DNA of 64,000 nt from Octopus sinensis (taxonomy: Eukaryota), in the NCBI RefSeq assembly GCF_006345805.1, contig NC_043000.1, forward strand, positions 3,968,001 to 4,032,000, in the 5' to 3' direction. The position numbers were made by a program, and so were the translations under genes. The number at the start of each line of letters is the position of its first letter. Position 1 is the stretch's first letter. A model generated the notes under the pieces. The model saw only the letters and a program-made list of their open reading frames with translations, was not told where the DNA came from and did not search any database. Below are positions 50,388 to 63,580 of the stretch, piece by piece.

Positions 50388-50470
50388 TGTGAAACAAGAT
50401 TTTTAAGGAATAAACTGACTGTTACTCTTTGAAAGAAGTAAATTAGTGGGGACTGGAAATGGTGAACCTG

Positions 50471-50602
50471 GCCATGACACTGCATCCTTTAAGGCCCTCA
50501 TGCTTTCCGAAATCCGCCGAAACCACACCTGATTATATATACACTTTAGATGAGTTGTAGTGCACCTGAGCACTGTACACAATTATTATTATTATTATTA
50601 TT
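50471..50602 (+). mobile_element. Heavily 5'-truncated copy of the CR1/L2-group LINE at 11125-14310
   Basis: Near-identical to 14175-14310, including the (TTA)n tail. Confidence 0.92.
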
Positions 50603-51050
50603 CAGTAGTTTTATTTTTATAGCGTGCTTTCACTTCACTACCAGCGCAGCTCTGTGTGCCTTGGGTATGTGCTGTGATTTGTTGTGATGCTCTGATGGTT
50701 ATTGTATGGAAAGTGTTCTGCGTAGGATGTGTGCAGTGCCTAGTAGTGCAATTTTCTGTATGTTATATGTGTTTGTAAGTCCTGGTGTTTTTGTTATGTA
50801 TTTGTCTGAATATTTTTTTATCATGCCTAATGCACCTACTATGATAGGAATTGTTTCTGTTTTTAGATTCCACATTCTGGTTACCTCTATTTCCAGGTCT
50901 TTGTATTTTGAGAGTTTCTCCATTTCTTTTAGAGACACGTTGTCATCAGCCGGTATTGATACATCAATTAGAAAGCATTTTTTTCTTCATGGTCTCTGAC
51001 AACTATATCTGGTCTGTTGGCCTTAATTTCTCTATCTGTGTGTATCGGCA
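50603..51050 (-). mobile_element. R4/Dong-like non-LTR retrotransposon 3' end (restriction-like endonuclease domain)
   Basis: MPIHTDREIKANRPDIVVRD / LIDVSIPADDNVSLKEMEKLSKYKDL...IPIIVGALG...IQKIALLGTAHILRR; flanked both sides by (TTA)n. Confidence 0.85.
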
Positions 51051-51096
<46 letters not shown>

Positions 51097-51169
51097 ATGA
51101 GATGATAGAGTACAGAGAGGAAATGGGAATAAATGTAGGTTAGTTTGGTTAATCCACATCACTGACTAA

Positions 51170-51392
51170 GGAGCTTAGGGCTGGTTTCTTGGTTTCTCTG
51201 GCGTATATATCCCTCCCTGAGTGGGACACTAGTCTGTTACAGGATTATTCATTTTCCCCAGCAGAGTGGAATGGAGCAATGTAAGATGAGGTGTTTTGTT
51301 CAAGACCACAGTGCTTCACTCCATCCAGGAATTGAAACCCCAATCTTAGAGTGAGGAGTCCAACACCCTTAATCACTAAGCTGTGCACTCCA
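51170..51392 (-). mobile_element. Old tRNA-derived SINE related to family D
   Basis: Degenerate A/B boxes; GGTTTCTTGGTTTCTCTGGCGTAT 3' part resembles 53535-53590. Confidence 0.55.
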
Positions 51393-51464
51393 CTGGGACT
51401 AAATGTACTCTAAATGCACTCAGATGGAAATGGAAATAAATATACTCTGTTCAGTCCATACAAG

Positions 51465-51782
51465 GGATCTTTTCGCTTTGACTGGCAGATTTTAAAAATA
51501 ATTTCTTTGTAACTAAAAAATTTTAAACTTCGTATACTGGTAGAATTGTTGTTGACACATAACGGCAGAAATCGTTTTCACCTCAATAGACGTCATTAAT
51601 TGGTTGAAATTGCCGAAATGCAAGAAATTAAAGACCAAATATCTTACAAACTACAGAATTTTCTCAAGAAAGCCAAGAGAAAAAGATGTTTTATAAACAC
51701 ATTCTACCAGTATACGAAGTTTAAAATTTTTTAGTTACAAAGAAATTATTTTAAAAATCTGCTAGTCTAAGCGAAAAGATCC
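51465..51782. mobile_element. Merlin-like MITE with ~82-bp TIRs and 8-bp TSD
   Basis: GGATCTTTTCGC...GCGAAAAGATCC; TSD CATACAAG at 51457-51464 and 51783-51790. Confidence 0.88.
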
Positions 51783-52298
51783 CATACAAGTACAGAAAAA
51801 CAAATGTTAGCATAATGACAAGAATTTCTTTTTCTGACAAAAATTTCCTTTTTCAAGGTGGTGCCCCAGTATGACCACTGTGTAATGACTGAAACTAGTA
51901 AAAAAATAAAAGATAATGTCTATGATGATATTGGCACCAGTGGTGGTGTTAGCACTATTGCAGAGTTCACAACAACATTGGCTTCCAAATGACTTTTATG
52001 AAAAGAATGAAGGAGTACATGGTGTTGCGAAATAATGGTTTTTTTTTGTAGCTAGGATAGTAGACTGGCAAAGTCATTAGTGCTGGACAAAATGCCTTGC
52101 TGTATTTAGTCGTGATCCTTTATGTTCTGAGTTCAAATTTCCCCAAGCTCAACACTGCCTTTCATCCTTCTAGGGTTGATAAAATAAAGTTCTAATCAAC
52201 TATACTTCCCACCCAGATAAATGGCCTTGTGCCTATGTTAGAAATCAATGCTATTTTATAGCTACCATATTTAATTGTATATAAGACATTGGAAAGAT

Positions 52299-52697
52299 TA
52301 TCTTTTATCTTTAATCCGTTTCAGCCATTAGACTGCAGCCATGCTGGGGGCACAACCTTGAAGAACTTTTTAGTTGAATAAATTGACCCCAATACTTTTG
52401 TTTTCAAGCTTTATATGCATTCTATTGGTCTTTTTTGCCAAACTGCTAGGTTACGGGGACATGAACAAACCAACACCGGTTGTCCAGCAGTGGTGGGGGA
52501 CAAACACAGACTCAAAGACATACAGACGTGTGTGTGTGTATACACACGCACACACACACACAACAGGCTTCTTTGAGTTTCTGTTTTCTAGATCCACTCA
52601 TGAGGCTTTAGTTGACCCAGGGTTATAATAGAAGACACTTGCCCAAGGTGCCACACAATGGGACTGAACCCAGAACTATGTGATTGGGAAGCAAGCA
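52299..52697 (-). mobile_element. SINE A
   Basis: Family A match. Confidence 0.75.
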
Positions 52698-53499
52698 TCA
52701 TCCTAGATTCTATATAAAAAGATGAGCCTATGCTTCTACACATTAAAATCTCTTTCCTGAGTCTGTGCTGCTGAAATGATGGTGTGTCTAAGCGTCTTTT
52801 ATGCCATCAAATATGGTTTGCTAGAGGTAAGTGAAACGATACATGAAATCAATACAAGTGACAAGGATCACTCCTCCTTTTTTACATCAGACACCAAAAT
52901 ACTGGTTTTTTGCTTGATATGGGCTAACAAGGAGCTAAGTAACAACAACAACAGCCACACAAAAATCAGATGGACAGTGGAAAAAAATGCAGCATTCCCA
53001 AACTGTTACATTGCGCTTTTTATAAGCCATTGCAGTTTATAATTTGCAGTATAGTCCTCATGTATGCAGGACTGCTGTGTATCTAGTACAGTGGATAGAT
53101 TTCCCCAAGTCATTTCACTGGATACTTAAATGCAGCAGATGTGCTTGATGGTGGCTGATTGGAGCTATATAAGAAGAATGACAACAAAAGATGTCTTTTT
53201 CTAGGCAAAAATACAGACTTTATGGTGAATATATATGGAGTATGTGATTGTAGAAAAGCAGTGGAAGTTTGAGAGAAATGAGGAGAGAATTATCCATTCA
53301 ATGTGTAATGTACATTAAACATGGAAAGTTGGGCTGCGTGAAAGGCTGTGTCTTAAATTGGCTTCTTCAATCTTCTTCAGTTCTGGTGTCTTCATACTGT
53401 CTCAAACTTCTGACACTCTCATACAATGATTCCCTTTCAGACTCCCCTCATTCTCTACATCACTCCTTCACTTCAATTCCTTTATTCTGTACTTGTTGT

Positions 53500-53799
53500 T
53501 TGTTCCTTCTCGAGCCACGCCTGGCTCATAAGGGTCGGTTTCCCAGTTTCCTTGGCGTATAGGTTCCCCACCTGGATGGGACGCCAGACTGTCACAGATG
53601 AGCTGCAAGATGCAGGAGGAAAGAGTGAGAGAATGTTGTGGCGAAAGAGTCAGCAGAAGTTCACCATTACCTTCTGCCGGAGCCGCGTGGAGCTTAGGTG
53701 TTTTGCTCATAAACACACACATCGCCTGGTCTGAGATTCGAACCCACGATCCCTCAACTGCGAGTCCACTGCTCTAACCACTAGGCCATGTGCCTCCAC
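53500..53799 (-). mobile_element. tRNA-derived SINE, family D
   Basis: Minus strand TGGCCTAGTGGTTAG A box, GGTTCGAATC B box; related to 61268-61659. Confidence 0.8.
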
Positions 53800-54918
53800 T
53801 ATTCCGTACTTACAACCAAAATGACCATATCGTTCTCTCTTTGTGACTAAGGGCTGAAGCTCAAAATATTTGGTTTAACTTGAACCTTTTTATTATCTTT
53901 CCTATTAAAGACTTAGCTTATGCATGTAAGAGAAGCTGACTGTTCTGGTACGCATGTGACTTGGGTAAGTGGTTATGATGTACTGTGTGGACCAAGGAGG
54001 ATATGAGAACAAGTTGTGCAGTTAGATCTTGTGAACCGATGCAATAACACAAAATGGAGAAGATCGTTGGGGATGAAATGTGATATTACAATGTCATCCA
54101 GTATGCATCGGTTTTGAAAAATGAATGTAATAACGATGAAAAGGAAGATGACAGTAACAATGCATGTGGAAACAACAAGAAAGCAACTCTTTTAGCATTG
54201 GTTAAAACAGTTCAGTTTAGCCAACCATTAGTAAAAAGAACTACAAAGAAAAAATATTCTGTAAAACCTTTTACTGTCATTCTACTATTGAACAATTAAT
54301 GAGGAACGTTGACAGTAGCATTGTATGTGTGTGTGATGAATATATACTGTGTCGTTGAGATGTGTGGTTACATTCAAAATCCATCCCGATTGGTTGTGAC
54401 TAAAGCAGAAGAAATGTAAGACAATTGTTCAGTTTTGTTAAACATGATTTCATCAATGGAAGAGATTTTCAAAGGAAATCTAAAAACAAAATCGGTTATA
54501 AGGTTGGTGGAGGTGAACTTCGTTAATGAAGAATCTATGATTATATCTAGAAAATAAACATAAAAATCTTACGGGAGCTTACTGATGAATTAGGATTGTG
54601 AAGGGAGAGAGAGAGAGAGAGAAGCTATTTTATTAGCATACCATTTCTTTGCTAGCATGCAAAAAGCAATTTTAAATTAATGGTAATAGTACTGTTGGTG
54701 TGGTAGCGGTGGCGGCGGCATTGGTGTTGTTGTTGGTGTAGTGTTCATGATAATGGTGTTGCCACTTGCGATGATTCTGATGACAACCACCATCAAAATG
54801 ACGGCATTATGCCATGCTATTGATTTTCTTTTTCTTCTGTAAATTGTTTTAAAGACTATTGTCTATTTGATTTTAGACCTTGTTAGGTTTCTTACTTTAA
54901 TATAGTGTATAAATAAAG

Positions 54919-54919
<1 letters not shown>

Positions 54920-55012
<93 letters not shown>

Positions 55013-55097
55013 TATGTATACATACATACATATATATATACATACATATACATACATACATATATATATACATACATATATATATATATATACATAC

Positions 55098-55128
<31 letters not shown>

Positions 55129-55132
55129 ATAT

Positions 55133-55188
<56 letters not shown>

Positions 55189-55201
55189 ATATATATATAT
55201 A

Positions 55202-55234
<33 letters not shown>

Positions 55235-55301
55235 GTGTATATATATATATATATATATGTGTGTATATATATATATATATATGTGTGTATATATATATAT
55301 A

Positions 55302-55370
<69 letters not shown>

Positions 55371-55373
55371 GTA
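54920..55373. repeat. Long (TA)n/(TACA)n/(TG)n microsatellite
   Basis: Direct inspection. Confidence 0.95.
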
Positions 55374-55949
55374 TCATTATCATAAACATTTAACATGTTT
55401 TCCATATATGTGTGTGTGTCTGTGTGTGTAGATAGATATATGCATTACTAACCTTCATGCATACTTGCTCAAAGCACATACATACATTCTCACTAATATG
55501 TGCATATACTGATGCATATACACTCTCATACATGTACAAATGTACACATACACACACACCTCACATATACACTCATCCAGTCCTACTTCTCTCATAGTCA
55601 CCAGGTGTTATAAACGCAAAGTATATTGGTTGAGTATTGAAAATAAATCTCAGTAAACGAAGACGCAACAGTGCAGACTTTGTTTTGTTAACGAGATGAG
55701 TTAAGATGATATTTCTTTGGAAAATATAGTTTTTACACAATTCAGAAATACGTAGCTGAAACCAAAACCTTGTGTCTGTTAGTTTCCTACAGACACTTGG
55801 AAATATGGGATGCTATTTGTTTGTCAGTGATGCTCATATGTGACTGTTGTGCAATATCATGACAAGGAGGCATACACACACACCTGTGTGCATGCACATC
55901 ATTGTTTAACGTCCGTTGTCCATGCTGGTATGGGTTGGACGGTGTGACT

Positions 55950-56181
55950 AGGCGGCGAGCTGGCAGAATCGTTAGCACGCCGGACGAAATGCTTAGCGGT
56001 ATGTCGTCTGCCGCTACGTTCTGAGTTCAAATTCCGCCGAGGTCGACTTTGCCTTTCATCCTTTCGGGGTCGATTAAATAAGTACCAGTTACGCACTGGG
56101 GTCGATGTAATCGACTTAATCCGTTTGTATGTCCCTGTTTGTCCTCTCTGTGTTTAGCCCCTTGTGGGTAGTAAAGAAATA
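55950..56181 (+). mobile_element. SINE B (young) nested in a family C copy
   Basis: Family B consensus; GGTGTGAC duplicated on both sides. Confidence 0.88.
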
Positions 56182-57693
56182 GGTGTGACCAGAGCTGGCA
56201 AGCTGGTGGGGGGGGTAGAAGGGGCTACACCAGACACTTGCATTCATGCTTGCTTACATATATACATGCATATATATCTTCACACAGGCATGCACAACAG
56301 GCTTCTCTCAGTTTTCATCTACCAAATTCACTTGTAAGGATTAAAATTTTTTTTTTGGTCTGTTTGTATAACAGAAGACAAGCACCCACTACACTCTCAG
56401 AGTGGTTGGCATTAGGAAGGGCATCCAGCTGTAGAAACTCTGGTGCAGCCATCTGGTTCGCCAGCCCTCAATCAAAATTGGCCAACCCATGCTAGCATGG
56501 AAAGCAGAAGTTAAACGATGATGATGATGATTTGCTCCAGGTTCTGTGCACTGGAACTGAACCTGAAACCAGGCAGTTGAGAAACAAACTTCTTAATCAT
56601 ACAACCATGTGTGTGTGTGTGTGTGTGTGTGTGTATTTGCATTATCATTACTCTTTTGTTTTATACTCATCAAGCTGCCCTTTTTTATAAGTTTTTTCTC
56701 GGGTAAGTGTTACTGGTCCCTCCCTCAATCCATCCCCCATTCCTGAAAAAAAAAAAAGAAAAAAAAGGATGCTGTGAGGGGGTCTTCCTTGACCCTTTGC
56801 ACAGTGCAACATAATCAATGCAAACAAATAAAGAGCAAAATAAAAATTGACCCCCCCCACCTCCTGGTATTTCATTACACTTGAAGGATGAAAGGCAAAC
56901 TTTAACTTGGTAAGATTTGAACTCAGCATGTAGAGAACTGGAACAGATAACGCATGACATTTCAACTGATGCTCTAACTACTTTGCTAGTTTTCTACCTT
57001 ATAACACGTGTGTGTGTGTGTGTGTCTCTCAACATCGTTTACACACATAGCTTAAAATAATGTCACTGGCTGTGTAGTGATGTTGTTGTTTGCATTTGCC
57101 ATGAGAATATGCCCAGCCCTTCTATGATTTGTTGTGTGAAAGGCCAAAGAAAAAGTACTCCACTGAAAACAAGTAAGGGATGTTAACAGGAAGGGTATCC
57201 AGCCACGCAATACTATCTCATTAAGTTTTGTCTATGCTGTGCTAGTGCACAAAATTCAAGCATAAAATTAATAAGGATTATAATGCATATGCATATGCAC
57301 AATGGTAGCTATTCTGATGTACATGGAAGCTATGGTTATGTTACACAGAATGAATAGAAATCTAAGTTCTTGGAGTCCTTTGTTGTAAATAACTTGGCCA
57401 TTTGCAACACTAACTACAAGAAGCATATCAACCACTTGAGCATGTAAATTGAATAGATTTCATTCTCATAAGGAAACTGGGTAAAGAAATACTTGTAAAT
57501 ATTTAATCATTCCTTCTTGAAGGATGAGTGACACTGATACAATGATATAAGGATGATCTGGAGAAGGAAGGTATTGGAGTTGAAAGATCTCTGAACTAGA
57601 TGTAGGTTCAAAGAAGTACAAAATGATGAGAATAGATTTTAAAACAGTCACAGTATTTCTGTTTTTCATCTATAAATAAGATAGTGAAAAACA

Positions 57694-57878
57694 TTGGTGA
57701 TGTTCAACGGAATTGATGGTCCACTGATGTTGAAAAGACTTGATAGGTTACAGATGCTGAGCAAAATTGGTCTGCTAGTGAAGGAGAATGGAATTCATCA
57801 GTTTACCAATTTTGCTCAGCAACCTTATCAAATTTGTTCACCATCACTAGACCATCAAGTCTGTTGACTATCAACCAG
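57694..57878. repeat. Imperfect ~185-bp hairpin/foldback
   Basis: Perfect 17-bp inner stem at 57755-57771 / 57805-57821, with imperfect extension outward. Confidence 0.8.
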
Positions 57879-57901
57879 TATTATTCTCTCTCCTATTTGC
57901 A

Positions 57902-58247
57902 GATCATCATCATCGTTTAATGTCCGTTTTCCGCACTAGCACGGGTTGGACGGTTTCACCGGGGTCTGGGAAGCCAGGGGCTGCTCCAGGCTCCAGTCTG
58001 ATCTGGCAGAGTTTCTACGGCTAGATGCCCTTCCTAACGCCAACCACTCTGCGAGTGTAGTGGGTGCTTTTTACGTGCCACCTGCACAGGTGCCAGGGGG
58101 GGGGGTCCGGCATCGGTCACGATCGGTTGGAGCTTTTAACGTGCCAGCAGCACGGAAGCCAGCCAAGGCGGCGCTGGCAACGTTCGGATGGTCTTTTTAT
58201 GTGCCACCGGCACAGGAGCCAGTCGGGGCGGCGCTGGCATCGGCCAT
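57902..58247 (-). mobile_element. Family C repeat with GC-rich ~60-bp internal units
   Basis: Family C motifs; repeated TTTTA(C/T)GTGCCACC units. Confidence 0.8.
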
Positions 58248-58946
58248 TTCAGATGTAAAACAGAAACCACATGATAGTTTTTAAATCATTTCTTTGTTCT
58301 ACACCTGTTTTCCAACACTTACCTGGGGTGAAATGGTATATGTGTTGGGACAATTGTTCTTTTCTTTTCATCAACTGTGAATAGGGTGTTGAACATATAT
58401 TTTCTTCAGACAGGCAAACCGGAGCAAGCAGAATTAAGGGACATAGCAATAAATAGGGCATTGAGGAAGCCTCTATGTGGTTGCCTCATTTTGTAGAAAT
58501 AGCAGCTTTAACTGTTGTCTTAAAAGCATTGGCTAATGTAGGTTGCGATACACTATGCCTTAAAGAATAGATGGGATTTATCATGGCTTAAATCCCTTTA
58601 ATAATCAGTCTGCTGCTTAATCAGATCTGATTTGGGACCTAAACAACATAATGACTAGTAAAATCTGAGCTTATATCATGTTGGTTTGCATATTATTTTT
58701 ACAGCTATCATCTTTCTTAGACACACTTATATCTCCACCTTCTCAGAATGGCATACATTTAAAACTGGATATTTTATCAAGTTTAAATGAATTGTGGAGT
58801 TTCTAATTATTCCTTTTAAACATTTGAATGTTGAAGATGCATCTGAATCACAAGCAATTAACTGAAGCCATAGAGCATAATATAACAGTAAAACGATCCA
58901 ACTTAATGCTTAACAATTTCATCAAATCCCGCAGCTTTATCTTTAA

Positions 58947-59345
58947 CTAGCAGTATCGCCCGGCGTTGCTCGGGTTTGTAAGGGAAATAACTATATAAAC
59001 ATTTTTAGAGAGTTAGAGCCAAAAAATAGCAAAAAAATTCATTAAAAATGGGAAAAAAATGATGGTAAATTTTTTTTTAAATCGTTGACTCATCGTAGAC
59101 ATTTTTAGAGAGTTACTTCCCTTATATAATAGCGAAAAAAATGCATTAAAATGGAAAAAAATGATGGTAAATTTTTTTTTAAATCGTAGACTCATTGTAG
59201 ACGCACGCTAATACCCAGAAGGGCTTGATATGAATCACGACTATAAGATACCCAGTTTTGGTTAAACTGCACCGCAAAATGTGGGAGTAGTTAGGAATCT
59301 AAATCGTAGGAGACAGACACACAACTTCACTTTTATATATAAAGA
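58947..59345 (-). mobile_element. Non-autonomous Helitron (same family as 25002-25389)
   Basis: Minus strand A|TC...hairpin...CTAG|T. Confidence 0.88.
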
Positions 59346-60034
59346 TTTACTTACTGAATGAGTCTCTCTCTGTTTAAAATACCCCTTACTCTCCACTGAT
59401 ATCACAAGAAAACTGTGCCCACTTGTAGTTACCCTGTAATTCAGTTAACTGAACGTCTTTGCTGTTGCTCCCTAATAACATACAGAGAGCTGCACTCCTT
59501 AGTTGTTTCATAATAATACAGAGAAAGCTGTGAATGACAATATTCCAGTGTAAAACCGTTTTGACTGTTAATACTTCAACTGTTTACCGGTTAATAGTAA
59601 TAATAAGTAAGCAGTAATTTTACATATTACGGGCAGTTTGGAAATCTATCACAGGAAAGCAGCTTTAAATGACAGCTGCTGTATAAAGTCACTATATAGA
59701 CTATTTAAGATGCTGACTAGAGGAAATGATGTGTATATTGACCACTATCTTCTATTATTTCTTAAAGAATTGTCTGTCTACTGAGTTCAACTATTGCATT
59801 ATTCTACTTGTTCCCTTGTTCTAGTGCGTGTGTGTATATAAATATTGGTGCATTGTTGTATGACTATTCTATATTTATACTTTAACCTTATGGTGCTTTG
59901 TCTTACTGGAAAGCAATACTATCATATTGCACTATTAAAAATTTTTTTTCACTATTTTCGGTTCTGTTAACGGCTAGGTGTTCAGGCAGGTATACTGGCA
60001 CTGATGTAGCAATGTTCAAAATTTTGTCTCGGTG

Positions 60035-60110
60035 AATCTAGCTGAAGAGAACTAATCAAATTTACGTAAACAAATGTATTTTGGAGAGTTCGAAACCTAG
60101 GTCCTAGATT
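60035..60110 (+). ncRNA. Type I hammerhead ribozyme, complete consensus
   Basis: Stem I AATCTAG/CTAGATT; core CTGAAGA (60042-60048); stem II GAACT/AGTTC; GAAA (60092-60095); palindromic stem III ACCTAGGT; GTC cleavage triplet (60101-60103). Confidence 0.82.
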
Positions 60111-60199
60111 ATCCACATCTGGGTTGTACATTTATCTATTGTTCTTCCTACAGGTAAGATGAAATTTTTAATGTTTGCCGCCTGCAAACATCTTTGCTA

Positions 60200-60247
<48 letters not shown>

Positions 60248-60349
60248 TGAAGCGTTACTATAGCATTGTATATTATCAACAGCTATTTCCTGTAAATATT
60301 GGTGCATTGTTGTACCACTGTTCTATATTTGTATATATATATAATATAT

Positions 60350-60553
60350 ATCCCACTGGTGTCATGTAAATGGTACTGATGACACATAAAAAGCACCCAT
60401 TACACTGTTGGAGTGGTTGGCATTAGGAAGAGCATCCAGCCTTAGAAACCATGCCAAATCAGACTGGAGCCTGGTGTAGCTCTTCAGCTTACCAACTCCA
60501 AGCAAACCATCTAATTCATGTTAGCATGGTAAGCGGACATTAACTGATGATGA
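60350..60553 (+). mobile_element. Family C repeat
   Basis: Family C motifs, (GAT)n tail. Confidence 0.75.
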
Positions 60554-61267
60554 TCAACACAATTATGTACTCATTAATCTATGACAATTATTGGCCAAGA
60601 AATTGTTACCAATATAAAAAAAAAACGAAAAAAACAATGCAATTATTGTCCAGTTTATTTTTCTGTACTCAGTGATACTCGTATATTCTTCAGTGCAAAT
60701 AACCAAGTTGATAAGGTGAGCTTACCAATCAAAACTAGTCAGTGTTCATTTATTATTGCTGTGTTATAAATAGCTACCATTCATTTGGAACAACTCACCT
60801 CTGGAAGCTCCAAGCATTACCGTGTAACTGATGTTTCATCACCTAGCTTTGCTGTATTCAATTCTTACCTTCATCTCTGCCAGGTTGACTTACTCTGCAT
60901 ATTCTATGAAAATGAAAAAAGTAAGTCTTCATGTGGTTCCATTACACAATATGTTCTAAAATAAACAGAATATACTGGTTCCTGATTTAGGCACAAGGCC
61001 TGCAATTTTGAGGGGAGGTAGACGTTTGATACCATTGAACCCATTTATTTTATTTTATTGACCTCAGAAGAATGAAAGACAAATTTAAGCTCAGTGGGAT
61101 TTGAGCTCAGAACATAAAATCCCAGAACAAATGCTGCAAGATATTTTGGCTAACTGTTCTAATATATGGAAATTCATTTCAATCAGGTTTATGTGAAGAA
61201 GTACCTGATTAAAGTCTAATTGGGAATTGTAATTATTTTTTGTCTAATTTTTTGTTCTGATAAATAT

Positions 61268-61659
61268 GCAGATGGATGGAAGCACTCCGTGGGTTACAAC
61301 GACGAGGGTTCCGGTTGATCCGATCAATGGAACAGCCTGCTCGTGAAATTAACGTGTAAGTGGCTGAGCACTCCACAGACACGTGTACCCTTAACGTAGT
61401 TCTCAGGGATATTCAGCGTGACACAGAGAGTGACAAAGCCGGCCCTTTGAAATACAGGTACAACAGAAACAGGAAGTAAGAGTGAGAGAAAGTTGTGGTG
61501 AAAGAGTACAGCAGGGATCACCACCATCCCCGCCGGAACCTCGTGGAGCTTTAGATGTTTTCTCTCAATAAACATTCACAACGCCCAGTCTGGGAATCGA
61601 AACCGCGATTCTACGACTGCGAGTCCGCTGCCCTAACCACTGGGCCATTGCACCTCCAC
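61268..61659 (-). mobile_element. tRNA-derived SINE, family D, full length
   Basis: Minus strand TGGCCCAGTGGTTAG A box, GGTTTCGATTCC B box. Confidence 0.82.
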
Positions 61660-63360
61660 AAATATGCAGAAGGCAGTTACTGTCATATAATTTATTTACC
61701 GGTCTTTGAGATTTCATGGAAATATGCATGGCAGTATGTCACCATGAATTCCACAACACTGAAGAATTAACAAACTGTCAAATCAAACCATCTCTTTATC
61801 TCTGCCATGAACCAGTCTGTTGACAGGCTGAAGAAAAGTAAATTTCTCTGTGACTAATTAATGCCAGAATTTCAGTCAGAGAACAGTGGACTATTCTAGT
61901 TTATTTGGATTTTACGATTCTACCAATGCATTGGGTTCAATTGCGAGAGATTATTGGACAGATGAGGAACTTTACACCCCTTCCTTGCCATTCATTGTTT
62001 TGGAATAATTATCTCTAGAAAGCTATTTAAAATTCTGTGTGGATTCTGGTTTAAATCTTTAAGATGGTGAATTATTTCAGAAACTTAGTAGAAATTCAGT
62101 GTATGGAAAGTTAGTCAATAGTGTGTACTGTACTGAAGAAATATATTTATAAAAGATTTACTCTCTAGCCACACTGCCCCAACCGCCATTGCAAAACAAA
62201 AATAAATAAATAAATGAATAAAATGAAAGAAAGAAAAAGAGATAAATTTTATAATTAGTGAAGAATATAATGGGTCCTGGAATCTGATTCTGACAGGTAG
62301 AGTGGAAGGAAAACTTTCAAATAAAATTTGTTCAATGAAGTATCAAGCAAAGAAATATTTACATGTTGGTGAGTGGTTTACTAATTAGTCTTTCTCTACC
62401 TACAGCAATGTTTGTTAGTTTTGAAAGAAATTGTAATTAAAAATAGGCAAACCCAATAAAATTTCGTTTTTCTCACCATTTTTGCAGTCGAATGAAAATA
62501 ATGTTTATTGACGTGTTCTTCACTAGAAGTTCACAGGCAGTGCTGTGTGTGTGTGTGTGTGTGTGTTGTGTGTGTGTGTGAGAGAGAGAGAGATAGAAAG
62601 AAAGATGGAATGGTTTAGATAGAAATTAAAAATCTAGGAAGCTGCAGAACATTAGTTGAAAACATGTCTAGTGTAGTGGCATAGGATATTTACTAAAAAT
62701 ATTACTAAAAACTAAACACTTTATAGCTTTAGAAATACTGTTTATAAGGATATCTTTTGATCAGTGTGTTACCAGTTCTTATTCTGTCAGTTATTTTTTG
62801 TAAATTATTATTTCATCAACATCTCCACCACCACCACCACGACTACCACCATCCTCATCATCATGATGTTTGCATTTGCATGTTCGTATAGGATCTGTAG
62901 TTTTGCACATTGCCATTAGCCTTAATCGCACATCAACTTGTCTGTAATGCCCGATCATGCTGACATCTAAATTTGACCTTGTATACACCTCATGTGTTCC
63001 TTTAATCATCTTGATCCCCTTTTGACCTTCCATATTATCTGTTCATGCTTGAGTACAATAATATTCATTGTGAGAAGAATAATATTTATTCCTACGGCTA
63101 CAAGGATTCTCAGCCTCATTATCACTGCTATGCCCCCCCTCCTCCATTTATCTATCTCATTGCTTGCTGCTATTAGGAATCGAGGTCAGCTGACTGCCCT
63201 TCAATGATATCCACAAATTTTTTTTAATTGCTAATGTGTTGTGGTTAAAACATGTTTAGTGCAGTGGCATAGCTAAGAGAAGAACAAAGTGAGAAACTGT
63301 TCCCCACAAACATTTTTTCGAAATTGGTGCCTTTCCAACAATCTTTTAAAACTCACTTAA

Positions 63361-63580
63361 CCCTTTGGTGTTCAAATTTCTCTATTAAATGTAATACTTT
63401 TTCACTCAAATTGTTTTGAATTAATCATGCATTACGTTATAGCTTTGAGGTTTCAATGATATGATTGTTTATTTTTAGAGTGTCACTATAGTTTAGGTGT
63501 GAGAGGCTAGATATGGCCAGTTTGAATATAAAACATGTTGAATATTTGGGCCGGATATGGCTGATTTAAACACTAAACGG
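63361..63580 (+). mobile_element. piggyBac-type MITE, family 1
   Basis: TTAA|CCCTTTGGTG...CACTAAACGG|TTAA. Confidence 0.8.

Noticed and set aside
61580-61659. tRNA gene (also SINE A/B/D heads)
   Set aside because: A/B boxes present, but no clean cloverleaf or terminator; runs into SINE body.
62860-63150. Very old minus-strand RTE 3' end
   Set aside because: Only a vague resemblance and a GAT-like tail; too degenerate to call.
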